DNA from: Chloroflexota bacterium
Lineage (GTDB): Bacteria > Chloroflexota > Limnocylindria > Limnocylindrales > CSP1-4
Reading direction: 5' to 3'
Assembly: GCA_003171255.1 (NCBI GenBank)
Contig: PMYK01000011.1
Span: 3,508-63,390 of the forward strand
DNA: 59,883 nucleotides
Shown here: positions 1-10,493 of the stretch, piece after piece
Layout of the letters: each line of letters starts with the position of its first letter
Position numbering within the stretch: the first letter of the stretch is position 1
The notes under the pieces: generated by a model
Told to the model about the DNA's origin: nothing
The model's input: the letters and a program-made list of their open reading frames with translations, nothing else
Databases searched by the model: none
Made by a program: the position numbers and the translations under genes

Positions 1-707
1 GGCTTGTAGAACGGGAAGTCGTTGTTGCCGCCGTCCCACAGGACGACGTCGGCCTCAGCCTCGGCCTGGCGGAGGATCGCTTCGTAGTCGACCCCGGCGT
101 AGAGGACGCGGCCGGCGTCGAGGTGCGGCTCGTATTCCTCGCGCTCCTCGATCGTGGTCTCGTAGCGATCGAGATCGGCGTAGGTGGCGTAGCGCTGGAC
201 GCGCTGCGCGACGAGGTCGCCGTACGGCATCGGATGGCGCACGACCACGACCTTGAGACCCTGCTTCTCGAGCAGTTCCGCGAGGTAGCGAGTGGTCTGG
301 CTCTTGCCCGCGCCTGTGCGCGTGGCGCCGATGGCGACGACAGGCTTCATGCTCGGCAGCATCGTCCGGGCCGGCCCGAGCAGCTCGAAGTCGGCCCCGC
401 CGGCGAGTGCCCGGCTGGCCGTGTGCATGACGTGCTCGTGAGCGACGTCGCTGTAGGCGAAGACAACGAGATCGATCCGCTCGGTGGCGAGCAGGTTCTC
501 CAACTCGGTCTCGGCCACGATCTTGATGCCGTCCGGATAGAGCGGCCCGGCCAGCTCGACCGGGTAGCGGCGCCCGGCGATGCCCGGAATCTGAGTGGCC
601 GCGGTAAACGCCACGACCTCGACGCTCGGGTCGTTGCGGTAGACGACGTTGAAGTCATGGAAGTCGCGCCCAGCGGCCCCCATGATCACCACACGAGTGC
701 GATCCAT
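1..707 (-). CDS. COG2403 / cyclic 2,3-diphosphoglycerate synthetase-like P-loop ligase (arginine synthetase ArcE-like); 3' end runs off the window
   Basis: Not in the ORF track because it has no stop in the window. Manual translation from ATG 707 gives MDRTRVVIMGAAGRDFHDFNVVYR...TRTGAGKSQTTR...RHPMPYGDL...TIEEREEYEPH...WDGGNNDFPFYK, typical family motifs with a Walker A. Confidence 0.8.
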   Translation of the reverse strand, partial: MDRTRVVIMGAAGRDFHDFNVVYRNDPSVEVVAFTAATQIPGIAGRRYPVELAGPLYPDGIKIVAETELENLLATERIDLVVFAYSDVAHEHVMHTASRALAGGADFELLGPARTMLPSMKPVVAIGATRTGAGKSQTTRYLAELLEKQGLKVVVVRHPMPYGDLVAQRVQRYATYADLDRYETTIEEREEYEPHLDAGRVLYAGVDYEAILRQAEAEADVVLWDGGNNDFPFYK

Positions 708-1034
708 GGTGTTCCGGCCCTTCCGCAGTCGCGCCGTAGGGTAGATCCCGGCAGCGAACCTTGGGCTGACGAGCCGGTTCCGCCTCTGGTCCAGCGGTCG
801 TCTAGCACGGGTAGTGTCGCCTGAGCGACGCGGCCGCGCAAGAGCCGGCCGAGTGGCGCTTCGGCGGGCGCGCATGGCGGACCGGAGAACCAAGCCCCGA
901 CGAGGCGCCGGCGAAGACACCGACGTGTACCGAACCAACGCCTGCCCGGCGGCAACCCGTTCTTGCGCATGCGGTGGACCCCTGGGCGCCGAGCCCGAGC
1001 CGCCACTCCCCTCCTGAGGCAGACCAAGCGACTC

Positions 1035-2300
1035 CTAGGTGAGGTACTGGATCATCCCGAAGGTGCCGCAGATGAGCAGGCCGATCGTGACGCCCCACAA
1101 CAACGCCGCTCGCGGCCGCGAGTTGGCGAGATCACCGAGCAGTTCGCGGTCGCTGGTCAAGCGGACCAGGAAGGCCAGCGGCAGCGCCAGGACGACCACG
1201 TTGAAGACCATCGCGCCGACACAGAGCCGGACGAAGTCGGATGAGACCAGGACCACGACGGCGGCCGGTATCACCTCGACCAGGTAAACGCCGTAGAAGC
1301 GGCGGGCCTCGCTCGGCTTGAGGTTCAGGCTGCGCGGCCAGCGCATCAATTCCGCGACTCCCCAGGCGGCCGATAGCGAAATGACCACCAGCGCCAGCAG
1401 CCCCGAGCCGATGAGGCCGATCGCGATGAGCCAGCCGGCACCACCGTTGGCAAGCCGGGCCATGCCCTCCGGCAGCTCGGCGAGGTTCTTCGCCGTGGCG
1501 GCGACGGGGGCCGCGGACTTCATTGCGGCCGCGGCGGCGATCACGACCACGGCCATCAACGCCTGGCTGGCAAACGCCCCGACCAGAGTCTCCACCCGCG
1601 CCCCGTGCAGGTCCTCGCGGCAAAGCTTCTTGTCGACGCTGGCCGACTGCTGGTAGAAGAGCATCCAGGGCATGACCGAGGCTCCGATCATGGCCACGAC
1701 CAGCGCGAAGTAGTCGTGCGGCACGTCGCTCGGGAGCGGGCTCAGGTCCGAGACCAGATGGCCGAGGTCGGGGCGACCGGCAACGGCCAGCACGATGAAG
1801 CTGAACAGCGCCAGGGAGAGCACCATGGCGATGCGCTCGAACCAGGTGTAGCTGCGGCTCAGGACCATGGACGCGTGGACCCCCAGCGCAGCGATGATCG
1901 CCACCGGCGCTGGTATGCCGATGATTGCCGCTCCCAGGGCAATGCCGGCGAACTCGGCCACGTAGGCCACGAAGTTGATGACGGCCATACCCAGGACGGA
2001 CACCGCGGCCAAATGCGGCCCGTAGCGAGACCGAACAAGCTCGACATGGCCCTTTCCGGTGACCAGGGCCAGCCGCGCCGTCATCTCCTGGACCAGGAAG
2101 AGGACTGGCACGATGGCGAAGACGGGCAGCAGCAATGCGTAGCCCGACTCCGTGCCGCCCTTGCCGGCGGTGATGACGCTCGGGGCATCCACGTCGGCGA
2201 GCATGACGACCCAGGCCGGCCCGATCACGCGCAGCCAGCGGGCCAAGCCCGGCCGACGCAGCGCGCCGGCCATGGATCGGATGCCGGCGGTGACGGTCAC
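1035..2300 (-). CDS. NRAMP-family divalent metal transporter, probably the NRAMP-related Mg2+ transporter clade
   Basis: About 11 TM segments, with GPAWVVMLADVDAPS in TM1, QEMTARL, and GASVMPWMLFYQQS in TM6. The canonical MntH DPGN motif is absent. Confidence 0.8.
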   Translation of the reverse strand: MTVTAGIRSMAGALRRPGLARWLRVIGPAWVVMLADVDAPSVITAGKGGTESGYALLLPVFAIVPVLFLVQEMTARLALVTGKGHVELVRSRYGPHLAAVSVLGMAVINFVAYVAEFAGIALGAAIIGIPAPVAIIAALGVHASMVLSRSYTWFERIAMVLSLALFSFIVLAVAGRPDLGHLVSDLSPLPSDVPHDYFALVVAMIGASVMPWMLFYQQSASVDKKLCREDLHGARVETLVGAFASQALMAVVVIAAAAAMKSAAPVAATAKNLAELPEGMARLANGGAGWLIAIGLIGSGLLALVVISLSAAWGVAELMRWPRSLNLKPSEARRFYGVYLVEVIPAAVVVLVSSDFVRLCVGAMVFNVVVLALPLAFLVRLTSDRELLGDLANSRPRAALLWGVTIGLLICGTFGMIQYLT

Positions 2301-2383
2301 CCCGATATCCTAGCTGGGTGCTCGGGTATCAGAACTGGGCCATCCGGCCCTCTAATCGGGCCGGATGGGTGGTCTGTGCCCGG

Positions 2384-4123
<1,740 letters not shown>

Positions 4124-4171
4124 TCACTGTCGTGGTCCGCGATCGCCGCGGGTTGGGCGGAGTATTCGGGG

Positions 4172-4204
4172 AAACAAAAACCTCCTGCGCAAATTCGCAG
4201 GAGG
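4172..4204 (-). terminator. Intrinsic attenuator terminator in the leuA leader
   Basis: Minus strand reads CCTCCTGCG-AATTTG-CGCAGGAGG-TTTTTGTTT: a 9-bp perfect stem followed by a U tract. Confidence 0.85.
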
Positions 4205-4235
4205 CGGCTCGGCGAGCACCCGGACGGGGCTCGCC

Positions 4236-4277
4236 TCAGGTAAGGAGGAGGCTGCTGTCGAAGTAGTTCCTGGTCAT
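4236..4277 (-). CDS. Leucine leader peptide MTRNYFDSSLLLT
   Basis: 13-aa ORF with three consecutive Leu codons (CTC CTC CTT) directly upstream of an antiterminator/terminator in front of leuA. Confidence 0.85.
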   Translation of the reverse strand: MTRNYFDSSLLLT

Positions 4278-4359
4278 GGTGGGGCGTAGTGTAGCGGCTC
4301 GCGGCCGAGATTTGTAATCATTCGATAGGACTAATCCGCAACGAGGAGGAGAAAGACCG

Positions 4360-4962
4360 GTGAGTGAGACGATCCAGGTGCCCGGTATCGGCGCGCCGTT
4401 CGAGTGGATGAACACGCCCGCCGGCTGGCAGTCGACGGCGACCGAGCTGACGATCGAGTCGGGCGCCGAGACCGACTGGTACATCTCGCCGGTCGACGGC
4501 GGGGTCCACGCCAACGCCCCGCTGCTGCTCTTCCGACCGACCGGCGACTTCGTCCTGACCGCGCGAGTGACGCTGGACATCCGAGCCCAATGGGATGCGG
4601 GCTGCCTCATGGTCTACGCCGACGACTCGACCTGGGCCAAGTTCGCCCTCGAGATCTCCGCGTATCAGGAGCCGACGATCGTTACCGTGGTGACGCGCGG
4701 CGTCTCGGACGACTGCAACTCCACGCCGATTGCGGGCAACTCGGCCCACCTTCGGGTGGCGCGGATCGGCGCAGCGATCATCTTCTACGCGGCGCTCGAC
4801 GGCCGAACCTGGAAGCTGGTGCGGGCCTTCACCTTGGGGATGCCTGCCGACCTGCGGGTCGGCTTCGGCTCGCAGTCACCGATCGGCCAGGGCGGCAGCG
4901 CCAAGTTCTCGGCGATCGCCTTCGAGCGGAGGACGGTCAGCGACATCTTTCGGGCCGAATAG
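4360..4962 (+). CDS. DUF1349 family (concanavalin A-like) protein
   Basis: Motifs TDW, NAP, WDAGCLMV, WAKFALE and VVTRGVSDDCN. Strong RBS GAGGAGGAG before GTG. Confidence 0.85.
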   Translation: MSETIQVPGIGAPFEWMNTPAGWQSTATELTIESGAETDWYISPVDGGVHANAPLLLFRPTGDFVLTARVTLDIRAQWDAGCLMVYADDSTWAKFALEISAYQEPTIVTVVTRGVSDDCNSTPIAGNSAHLRVARIGAAIIFYAALDGRTWKLVRAFTLGMPADLRVGFGSQSPIGQGGSAKFSAIAFERRTVSDIFRAE

Positions 4963-5129
4963 CCGGAGCCGAAGCGCCGGAACGTCTCGGCAACCACGCA
5001 GTTCAGGGCGTAGAAGGCCGCGGCGACGATGGTGGTGCCGCCAACCGCATAAGCACTGCCCAGGAGCAGCCCGGCAACTACGCTGTATGTCCGGGTTTGC
5101 ATCGGACCAGCCCCTTTGGTCGTGGGTCG

Positions 5130-5555
5130 CTAGCCGATTGACTCGTCGGCCCACTCGGCGACGAACGCGGTCGCGGGCCAGGGCCGTGGCGAAACGGGGG
5201 CGAACTTCATGTTCAGCCGGACCAACTCCGCGGACAGCCGGGGCCAGCATTGCTGCGCCAGCCGCGCTGCCTCTCCCGCTCCGGCAAAGGTGAGCCGGTA
5301 TGTGCGCGGCATTCCCGCCGAGTACTGCAGGAGGCCGTCTGCGGTCAGGTCGTGGAGAAGCGCATAGCCAGGCGACCTGATGCCGAGCAGGTGGGCGGTC
5401 GAGGCGACGGCATTGACGGCTTCGAGGCCGGTGAGAGCCCCCGCGGCCTCGATCTCGCGCAGGATGAGCAGCCGGCGCACATCCTCGTTCGTGGCGAACA
5501 TTGTAGGCAGGCTGGCCATCGGCTCGGGCCGTTCGACCGTCTTCGTGATCATCAT
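5130..5555 (-). CDS. Putative PadR-like winged-helix regulator
   Basis: The pattern LLILREI...GYALLHDLTADGLL...RTYRLTFAG resembles a PadR wHTH. RBS AAAGG upstream. Confidence 0.55.
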   Translation of the reverse strand: MMITKTVERPEPMASLPTMFATNEDVRRLLILREIEAAGALTGLEAVNAVASTAHLLGIRSPGYALLHDLTADGLLQYSAGMPRTYRLTFAGAGEAARLAQQCWPRLSAELVRLNMKFAPVSPRPWPATAFVAEWADESIG

Positions 5556-5724
5556 CGACGCCTTTCTGCAAGCACTTGCGCCAATCGCTTACGGCTGCGA
5601 AGTCTGCGGTTGCCAGCTTTCGGTCTGGTTACTCCGCCTCCGCGGCGCGACCTAGAAACGCAGCGTGGACCGCTCAGCTGAAAGGCAGGCCCGTATCAGG
5701 TGCCGTTATGTCAATGAAATGACG

Positions 5725-5787
5725 GGGCCGGGTCAGCGGGTCGCTCCGGCCATGTCAGCGTCGGGTCGCTCCGGCCGGGTCAGCGGG
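5725..5787. repeat. Short GC-rich imperfect direct repeats
   Basis: ggccgggtcagcggg occurs twice and cgggtcgctccggcc occurs twice within about 60 bp. Confidence 0.6.
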
Positions 5788-5802
5788 CTGGCAGCAGTAC
5801 AG

Positions 5803-5916
5803 CTACCTGGGCCGCCAGAGCCCGACCGTGCTGTCGAGGCTGCCGGTGCCAAGGGTCGACCCGTCGGGCGAGAAGGCCACCGCCTCGGCTCTCAGACTGG
5901 CGTGGCCTTGATCAAG
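5803..5916 (-). pseudogene. Single WD40-repeat gene fragment
   Basis: Reads LDQGHASLRAEAVAFSPDGSTLGTGSLDSTVGLWRPR-stop, a WD40 consensus. There is no in-frame ATG between it and the tRNA. Confidence 0.6.
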
Positions 5917-5980
5917 TGCGGCGGCGTTTCGTGCGCCGCGAAACGCATGACGGTGTCGGTCGATCGACCGGTGAGGAAGT

Positions 5981-6055
5981 TGGCTCCGGCGGTAGGATTC
6001 GAACCTACGGCCAAGCGGTTAACAGCCGCCCGCTCTACCACTGAGCTACGCCGGA
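5981..6055 (-). tRNA. tRNA-Asn(GTT)
   Basis: TCCGGCGTAGCTCAGTGGTAGAGCGGGCGGCTGTTAACCGCTTGGCCGTAGGTTCGAATCCTACCGCCGGAGCCA: cloverleaf, GTT anticodon, GTTCGAA T-loop, encoded CCA. Confidence 0.97.
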
Positions 6056-6201
6056 GCGAGTCGATCGGGACGGATATCGTCCGCAATCCAGGCGCCCGGA
6101 GGCGCCGCGCGACAGGATAGCATGGTGCCAGCCGAGCGTTCCGTAACAGCCGCAGCCGGGACGCCTCGGTCCGCTCGCCCTCGCCAGAATATGGGAGACA
6201 G

Positions 6202-8691
6202 ATGATCGAGCAGTCACTCGACGGAACCTGGCAGCTGCGCGAGCGCGGCACGGACGAATGGCTGCCCGGCCGGGTCCCCGGCGGCGTACATCTCGACCTC
6301 ATGGCCGCGGGCCGCATCTCCGACCCGTTCGTCTGCGACGAGGAGCTGCACGTTCAGTGGGTCGCGGAGCGCGACTGGGAGTACCGGCGCGAGCTTGTGG
6401 TCCAAGCGGGCGTGGCGGCCGCCGAGCGCCTCGACCTCGTCTTCGACGGCCTCGACACCCTGGCCGATGTCCGTCTCAATGGCGAGCTGCTCGGCAGTGC
6501 GGACAACATGTTCCGGACTTGGCGCTGGGATGTCACCGGGCTACTCAAGCCGGGCTCGAACGAGCTGGCGGTGGTCTTCCGGTCGGCGGTCCGAGCAGGC
6601 GCCGAGCTGGATGCGGTCCAACCGCTTGACGCGGCCAACGACCAGCTCGCGGGCGCACCCCACCTGCGCAAGGCGCCGTGCCATTTCGGCTGGGACTGGG
6701 GCCCAAAGCTGCCGAACATCGGCTTCTGGCAGGGCGTGCGCCTCGAGGGTTGGGGTGTCGCCCGGCTCGACGACGTGCGGGTGTCACAATCGGTCGAGGT
6801 CGGGCGAGCCGGCATAGCCGCGCAGGTGGAGATCGAGCGCGCCATCGACACGGCGGCCGAGGTCGAGGTCGTGATCCGAGTCGAGCACCCGGACGGTCGA
6901 GTCCAGGTCGCCCGGTCGGTCGTCCCGGGCAAGCGGTCGGTCACCAGCGTCGAAGTCGAAATCGCCGATCCGGAGCTATGGTGGCCGAACGGGCTCGGCA
7001 GCCAGCCGCTGTATCGAGTCGAGGTCGAGCTACTCGCCGGCGGGCGCCGTCTCGATGTACGGACGTTCCGCGTCGGCCTCCGAACACTCGCCCTGCGCCG
7101 TGAGCCGGACGAGTGGGGCGAGTCGTTCCAGTTCGTCGTGAACGGCGTGCCGATCTTCGCCAAAGGCAGCAACTGGATCCCCGCTGACACCTTCCCCGCC
7201 CGCGTCACCACGGCCCAGCTCGACGCGCTGCTCGGCGCCGCCGCGGACGCCAACCACAACATGATCCGGGTCTGGGGCGGCGGCTACTACGAGACCGAGG
7301 CCTTCTACGACGCCTGCGACCGGCTCGGCATCCTGGTCTGGCAGGACTTCATGTTCGCCTGCAGCGTCTACCCGCTGACCGACGACGCGTTCCTCGCCAA
7401 CGTCGAGAGCGAGGTCCGCGAGCAGGTTCGTCGGCTGCGGCATCGCGCCTGCCTGGCGCTGTGGTGCGGCAACAACGAGATGGAGACGGGCTGGGCGGAG
7501 TGGGGCTGGGATCGGCCCGAGAACGCGAACCTCAAGGCGGCGTACCTGCGGTTCTTTGGCGAGACGCTGCCGGAGTGGGTGTCCGCCGAGGACGGCGCCA
7601 CTCCCTACTGGCCGAGTTCGCCGTCGTCGGGGCGGCCGCTCGTGGAGCCGCTCGGCGAACTGATGGGCGATTACCACCAGTGGACGGTCTGGCACAACCT
7701 GGCGCCGTTCGACTTCTACGCCCAGCACACGTACCGGTTCGTCAGCGAGTTCGGCTTCGAATCGCTGCCGGCCGCCGCCACCGTTGCCGCCTTCGCCACC
7801 GATCCGGCCGACCTGAATCTTGGTTCGCCGGTGCTCGACCTGCACCAGAAGAATCCCGACGGCAACGCGAAGATCCTCTACTACATGGCCAAGCAGTTCC
7901 GGCTGCCGCGGGACTTCGACGGGCTCATCTACCTGAGTCAGGTTCTCCAGGCCGAGGCGATGCGCGTCGGCGTAGAGCACTGGCGGCGAGAGCGGGCGCG
8001 CTGCGGCGGCGCGATGTACTGGCAGCTCAATGATTGCTGGCCCGTCTCCTCATGGGCGGGCATCGACTACTTCGGGCGCTGGAAGGCGCTCCACTACGCC
8101 ACGCGGCGGTTCTACGCGCCGATATTGCTGTCATGTTCGGTGGCCGCGGCAGGTGCCCCAGGCGCTGCCGCCCAGCTCTCGATCACGAACGATCTGCCCA
8201 CGCCCTGGGGAGGCGAGGTCAACTGGTCGCTGGAGCGTCTGGACGGCGAGGCGGTGACAACCGGGAGCGTGACCGTAGAGGCGCGGGGGCTGGCAACAAC
8301 AGCCGCCTGTCAGATCGATGTCCCGGCTACGACCGAAGGCCGGCGTTCGCTCGTTCTGGTCGCCGAGCTCGTCGAGGCCGGCTCGAGGCGCTCGCTCGTC
8401 GTCACGCCCTTCGTCCCCGACAAGCATCTGGCCCTGCGGCCCCCGACGCTCGAGGTGGCAGTCGAGGCGGCGGCCGAACCTGCGCGGGCCGTCATCCGGC
8501 TCCGGTCCGACATGCTGGCCCGCTGGGTCGAGCTATCGCTTGACGGCGCCGACGTCATCTTCAGCGACAACTACTTCGACCTCCCGGCCCGCCGCCAGAT
8601 CGAGGTCTCGTTCGCGCTCCCGGCCGATTGGTCGATCGAACTCGCCCGCCAGGCGCTGCGCGTTCGGTCCGTGGTCGATACGTACGCCTGA
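6202..8691 (+). CDS. GH2 beta-mannosidase
   Basis: Motifs FGWDWGP, KGSNWIP, MIRVWGGG, WQDFMFAC, WCGNNE (acid/base), FVSEFG (nucleophile) and YWQLNDCWP. Confidence 0.93.
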   Translation: MIEQSLDGTWQLRERGTDEWLPGRVPGGVHLDLMAAGRISDPFVCDEELHVQWVAERDWEYRRELVVQAGVAAAERLDLVFDGLDTLADVRLNGELLGSADNMFRTWRWDVTGLLKPGSNELAVVFRSAVRAGAELDAVQPLDAANDQLAGAPHLRKAPCHFGWDWGPKLPNIGFWQGVRLEGWGVARLDDVRVSQSVEVGRAGIAAQVEIERAIDTAAEVEVVIRVEHPDGRVQVARSVVPGKRSVTSVEVEIADPELWWPNGLGSQPLYRVEVELLAGGRRLDVRTFRVGLRTLALRREPDEWGESFQFVVNGVPIFAKGSNWIPADTFPARVTTAQLDALLGAAADANHNMIRVWGGGYYETEAFYDACDRLGILVWQDFMFACSVYPLTDDAFLANVESEVREQVRRLRHRACLALWCGNNEMETGWAEWGWDRPENANLKAAYLRFFGETLPEWVSAEDGATPYWPSSPSSGRPLVEPLGELMGDYHQWTVWHNLAPFDFYAQHTYRFVSEFGFESLPAAATVAAFATDPADLNLGSPVLDLHQKNPDGNAKILYYMAKQFRLPRDFDGLIYLSQVLQAEAMRVGVEHWRRERARCGGAMYWQLNDCWPVSSWAGIDYFGRWKALHYATRRFYAPILLSCSVAAAGAPGAAAQLSITNDLPTPWGGEVNWSLERLDGEAVTTGSVTVEARGLATTAACQIDVPATTEGRRSLVLVAELVEAGSRRSLVVTPFVPDKHLALRPPTLEVAVEAAAEPARAVIRLRSDMLARWVELSLDGADVIFSDNYFDLPARRQIEVSFALPADWSIELARQALRVRSVVDTYA

Positions 8692-8726
8692 GTCGAGCGG
8701 GCGGGTGCAGTCCGAGCTGCGCCGAG

Positions 8727-9602
8727 CTACCGCTCGACGGGCAGGTCCGGCCTGTTCCCCCACTCCTCCCAGGACTCGGCGTAGTTCCGAACCTCGGTCA
8801 GACCCGCGATCTCCGAGAGAGCGAACCAAGCCAGGGCCGCGCGGACGCCGCCCTGGCAGTAGGTTGCCCGGAGCTCGTCCGGCTTGACGCCGGTCCCTTC
8901 GAGGATCGCCCGAATCTCGGCTGCGGGCCGGAGCCGCCCGTCGGAGGCCACGAAGTCCTGGAATAGGCGGTGCTGCGCGCCCGGAACGCGGCCGCCTCGA
9001 GCCGCCCTGACCTCCGTGCCGAGGAACTCGTCGATCAGCCTCACGTCCAGCAGCCGCGTCGGGCCGCCCGGTGCCGCAGCCTCGCGGCTCCAGGCCAGGA
9101 CGTCCTCTGCCGTGGCGATCAGCGCCCGGTCTCGTTCGCCGAGGGGCTCGGTCTCGGGCTCGATGTGAGGTGACGGCTCCGCGGCCGTGGTTGGACGCCC
9201 TTCGGCCTGCCAGACCCGGTGGCCGCCGTCGAGGACGTGGACTCGCTTCTTCGGGAAGCGATAGAGGCGGAGCAGCCAGTAGCCCCGGATGGCGTGACGG
9301 CCCTGGCCCGCGTCGTCGTAGAAGACGACGTGGTCGCCCGGCGCCACTCCCCAACGTTGGAGCGCCGCAGTGGTTTCGTCTCGGGTGGGGACTATGTACT
9401 GGCGCTGTGCCGCGCCCGTCTCGGGCCGTGTCCCCGCTTTCGCCAGGTCGACATGCAGGTCGCTGAAGACGGCACCCGGCACGTGGCCCTGGTCATAGGC
9501 CTGCCGGTCGAGCGAAACATGGACGACACGAAGGTCCGGCTCTTCGAGTTGAGCGGCGAGCCACTCGCCCGAAACAAGGGGTCCCGCTTCCGCAACGCTC
9601 AT
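8727..9602 (-). CDS. Tandem-domain rhodanese / sulfurtransferase (SseA-like)
   Basis: Motifs YDQGHVPGAVF, LDGG, GRVPGA, catalytic loop YCQGGVRAA and NYAESWEEW. Confidence 0.9.
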   Translation of the reverse strand: MSVAEAGPLVSGEWLAAQLEEPDLRVVHVSLDRQAYDQGHVPGAVFSDLHVDLAKAGTRPETGAAQRQYIVPTRDETTAALQRWGVAPGDHVVFYDDAGQGRHAIRGYWLLRLYRFPKKRVHVLDGGHRVWQAEGRPTTAAEPSPHIEPETEPLGERDRALIATAEDVLAWSREAAAPGGPTRLLDVRLIDEFLGTEVRAARGGRVPGAQHRLFQDFVASDGRLRPAAEIRAILEGTGVKPDELRATYCQGGVRAALAWFALSEIAGLTEVRNYAESWEEWGNRPDLPVER

Positions 9603-10438
9603 TTCGATTCCTCCGCTCCGGCGATGACCCCCGAAGCGTACCGGCCGGCGGCCAGGTCCGCTCGCCGGGACGCGGCTCGGTCGCGCGCCCGTCGGCCGCG
9701 CCTCCGCCTGCCCGCGCGCATCGGCCGCGCGCTCCGCCTGCCCGCGCGCATAGGCCGCGCTCCGCCGACGGCGATCACACCAGCACGAGGCCGCTGCCTC
9801 CTGGCTCGCGCCCAGCGGCCAACGGCCAACGCCTCGATGATCGCCTTCGATGTCAGCGGCAGCTCGGACCGCACCACTTCGCCGAACTCCTTGAGGAGGG
9901 ACCGATTGTGCCGCGCGTCGGCCATCACCAGGACGACGCTGGAGATGCCCGGGTCATCGCGCCGTTTGGTAGCCAGCCTGCGCAGCAGAGCCTGCACGTC
10001 CCGCGGCCGAGTCTCCGTCTCCACGGCCACCTCGGTGAGCCCGACCAGCATCACCGCATCCCAGGCCCGGAGATCTCCCGTGCCACCGACAGGCGCCTCG
10101 AACCTCCACGCAATCGATGGTGCCACCTTCTGCCGGAACCGCGCCAGCAACGCCAGATGCGCGGCATCGCGGATCGGCCTCCCCGACGGATACGCCCGGG
10201 CGCTCAGCTCCAACCCAACGACCGCCAGCACGCGGGCCAGCTCCAAGATGGCGACTCGCGGCGCTTCGGCGCGTTCGATGCGGCTGACCTGCGCCCGCGA
10301 GATCCTGGCGGCAGCTGCGACCGCGGCCTGGCTCAGCCCGTGCTCAAGGCGTGACGCACGCAGCTCATTGCCGAGCTCGGTCAGTATCGTTCGGCCACGC
10401 CGCGTGCCGTTGTCGACCGCGCGATCCTTCGTTGACAT
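9599..10438 (-). CDS. XRE-family HTH protein fused to a PD-(D/E)xK-like domain; C-terminus frameshifted
   Basis: From ATG 10438 the HTH reads LRASRLEHGLSQAAVAAAARISRAQVSRIE, followed by RAWDAVM...VAVETET...DARHNR. Removing the duplicated ggccaac (9817-9830) restores ...EALAAGREPGGSGLVLV-stop at 9775. Confidence 0.75.
   Translation of the reverse strand: MSTKDRAVDNGTRRGRTILTELGNELRASRLEHGLSQAAVAAAARISRAQVSRIERAEAPRVAILELARVLAVVGLELSARAYPSGRPIRDAAHLALLARFRQKVAPSIAWRFEAPVGGTGDLRAWDAVMLVGLTEVAVETETRPRDVQALLRRLATKRRDDPGISSVVLVMADARHNRSLLKEFGEVVRSELPLTSKAIIEALAVGRWARARRQRPRAGVIAVGGARPMRAGRRSARPMRAGRRRRGRRARDRAASRRADLAAGRYASGVIAGAEESK
9692..9766. repeat. About 30-bp GC-rich tandem repeat, 2.5 copies
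   Basis: Unit tcggccgcgc(g)ctccgcctgcccgcgcgca at 9692 and 9721, partial copy at 9751. Confidence 0.85.
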
Positions 10439-10493
10439 GCCCGAATGGTGGGCTGGGCCGCTTCGCTGCGACTTACGCCGTGGTTGCGCCGTT

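Noticed and set aside
768-812. ykkC/guanidine-I-like riboswitch (ggttccg...ctggtcc)
   Set aside because: The resemblance is partial, lies on the strand opposite the neighbouring gene, and lacks the conserved 3' tail.
4785-5102. 105-aa ORF with a hydrophobic N-terminus and AAAGGGG RBS after the PadR-like gene
   Set aside because: It overlaps the well-supported DUF1349 gene by about 180 bp antisense and has no recognisable family. Not excluded, but not supportable.
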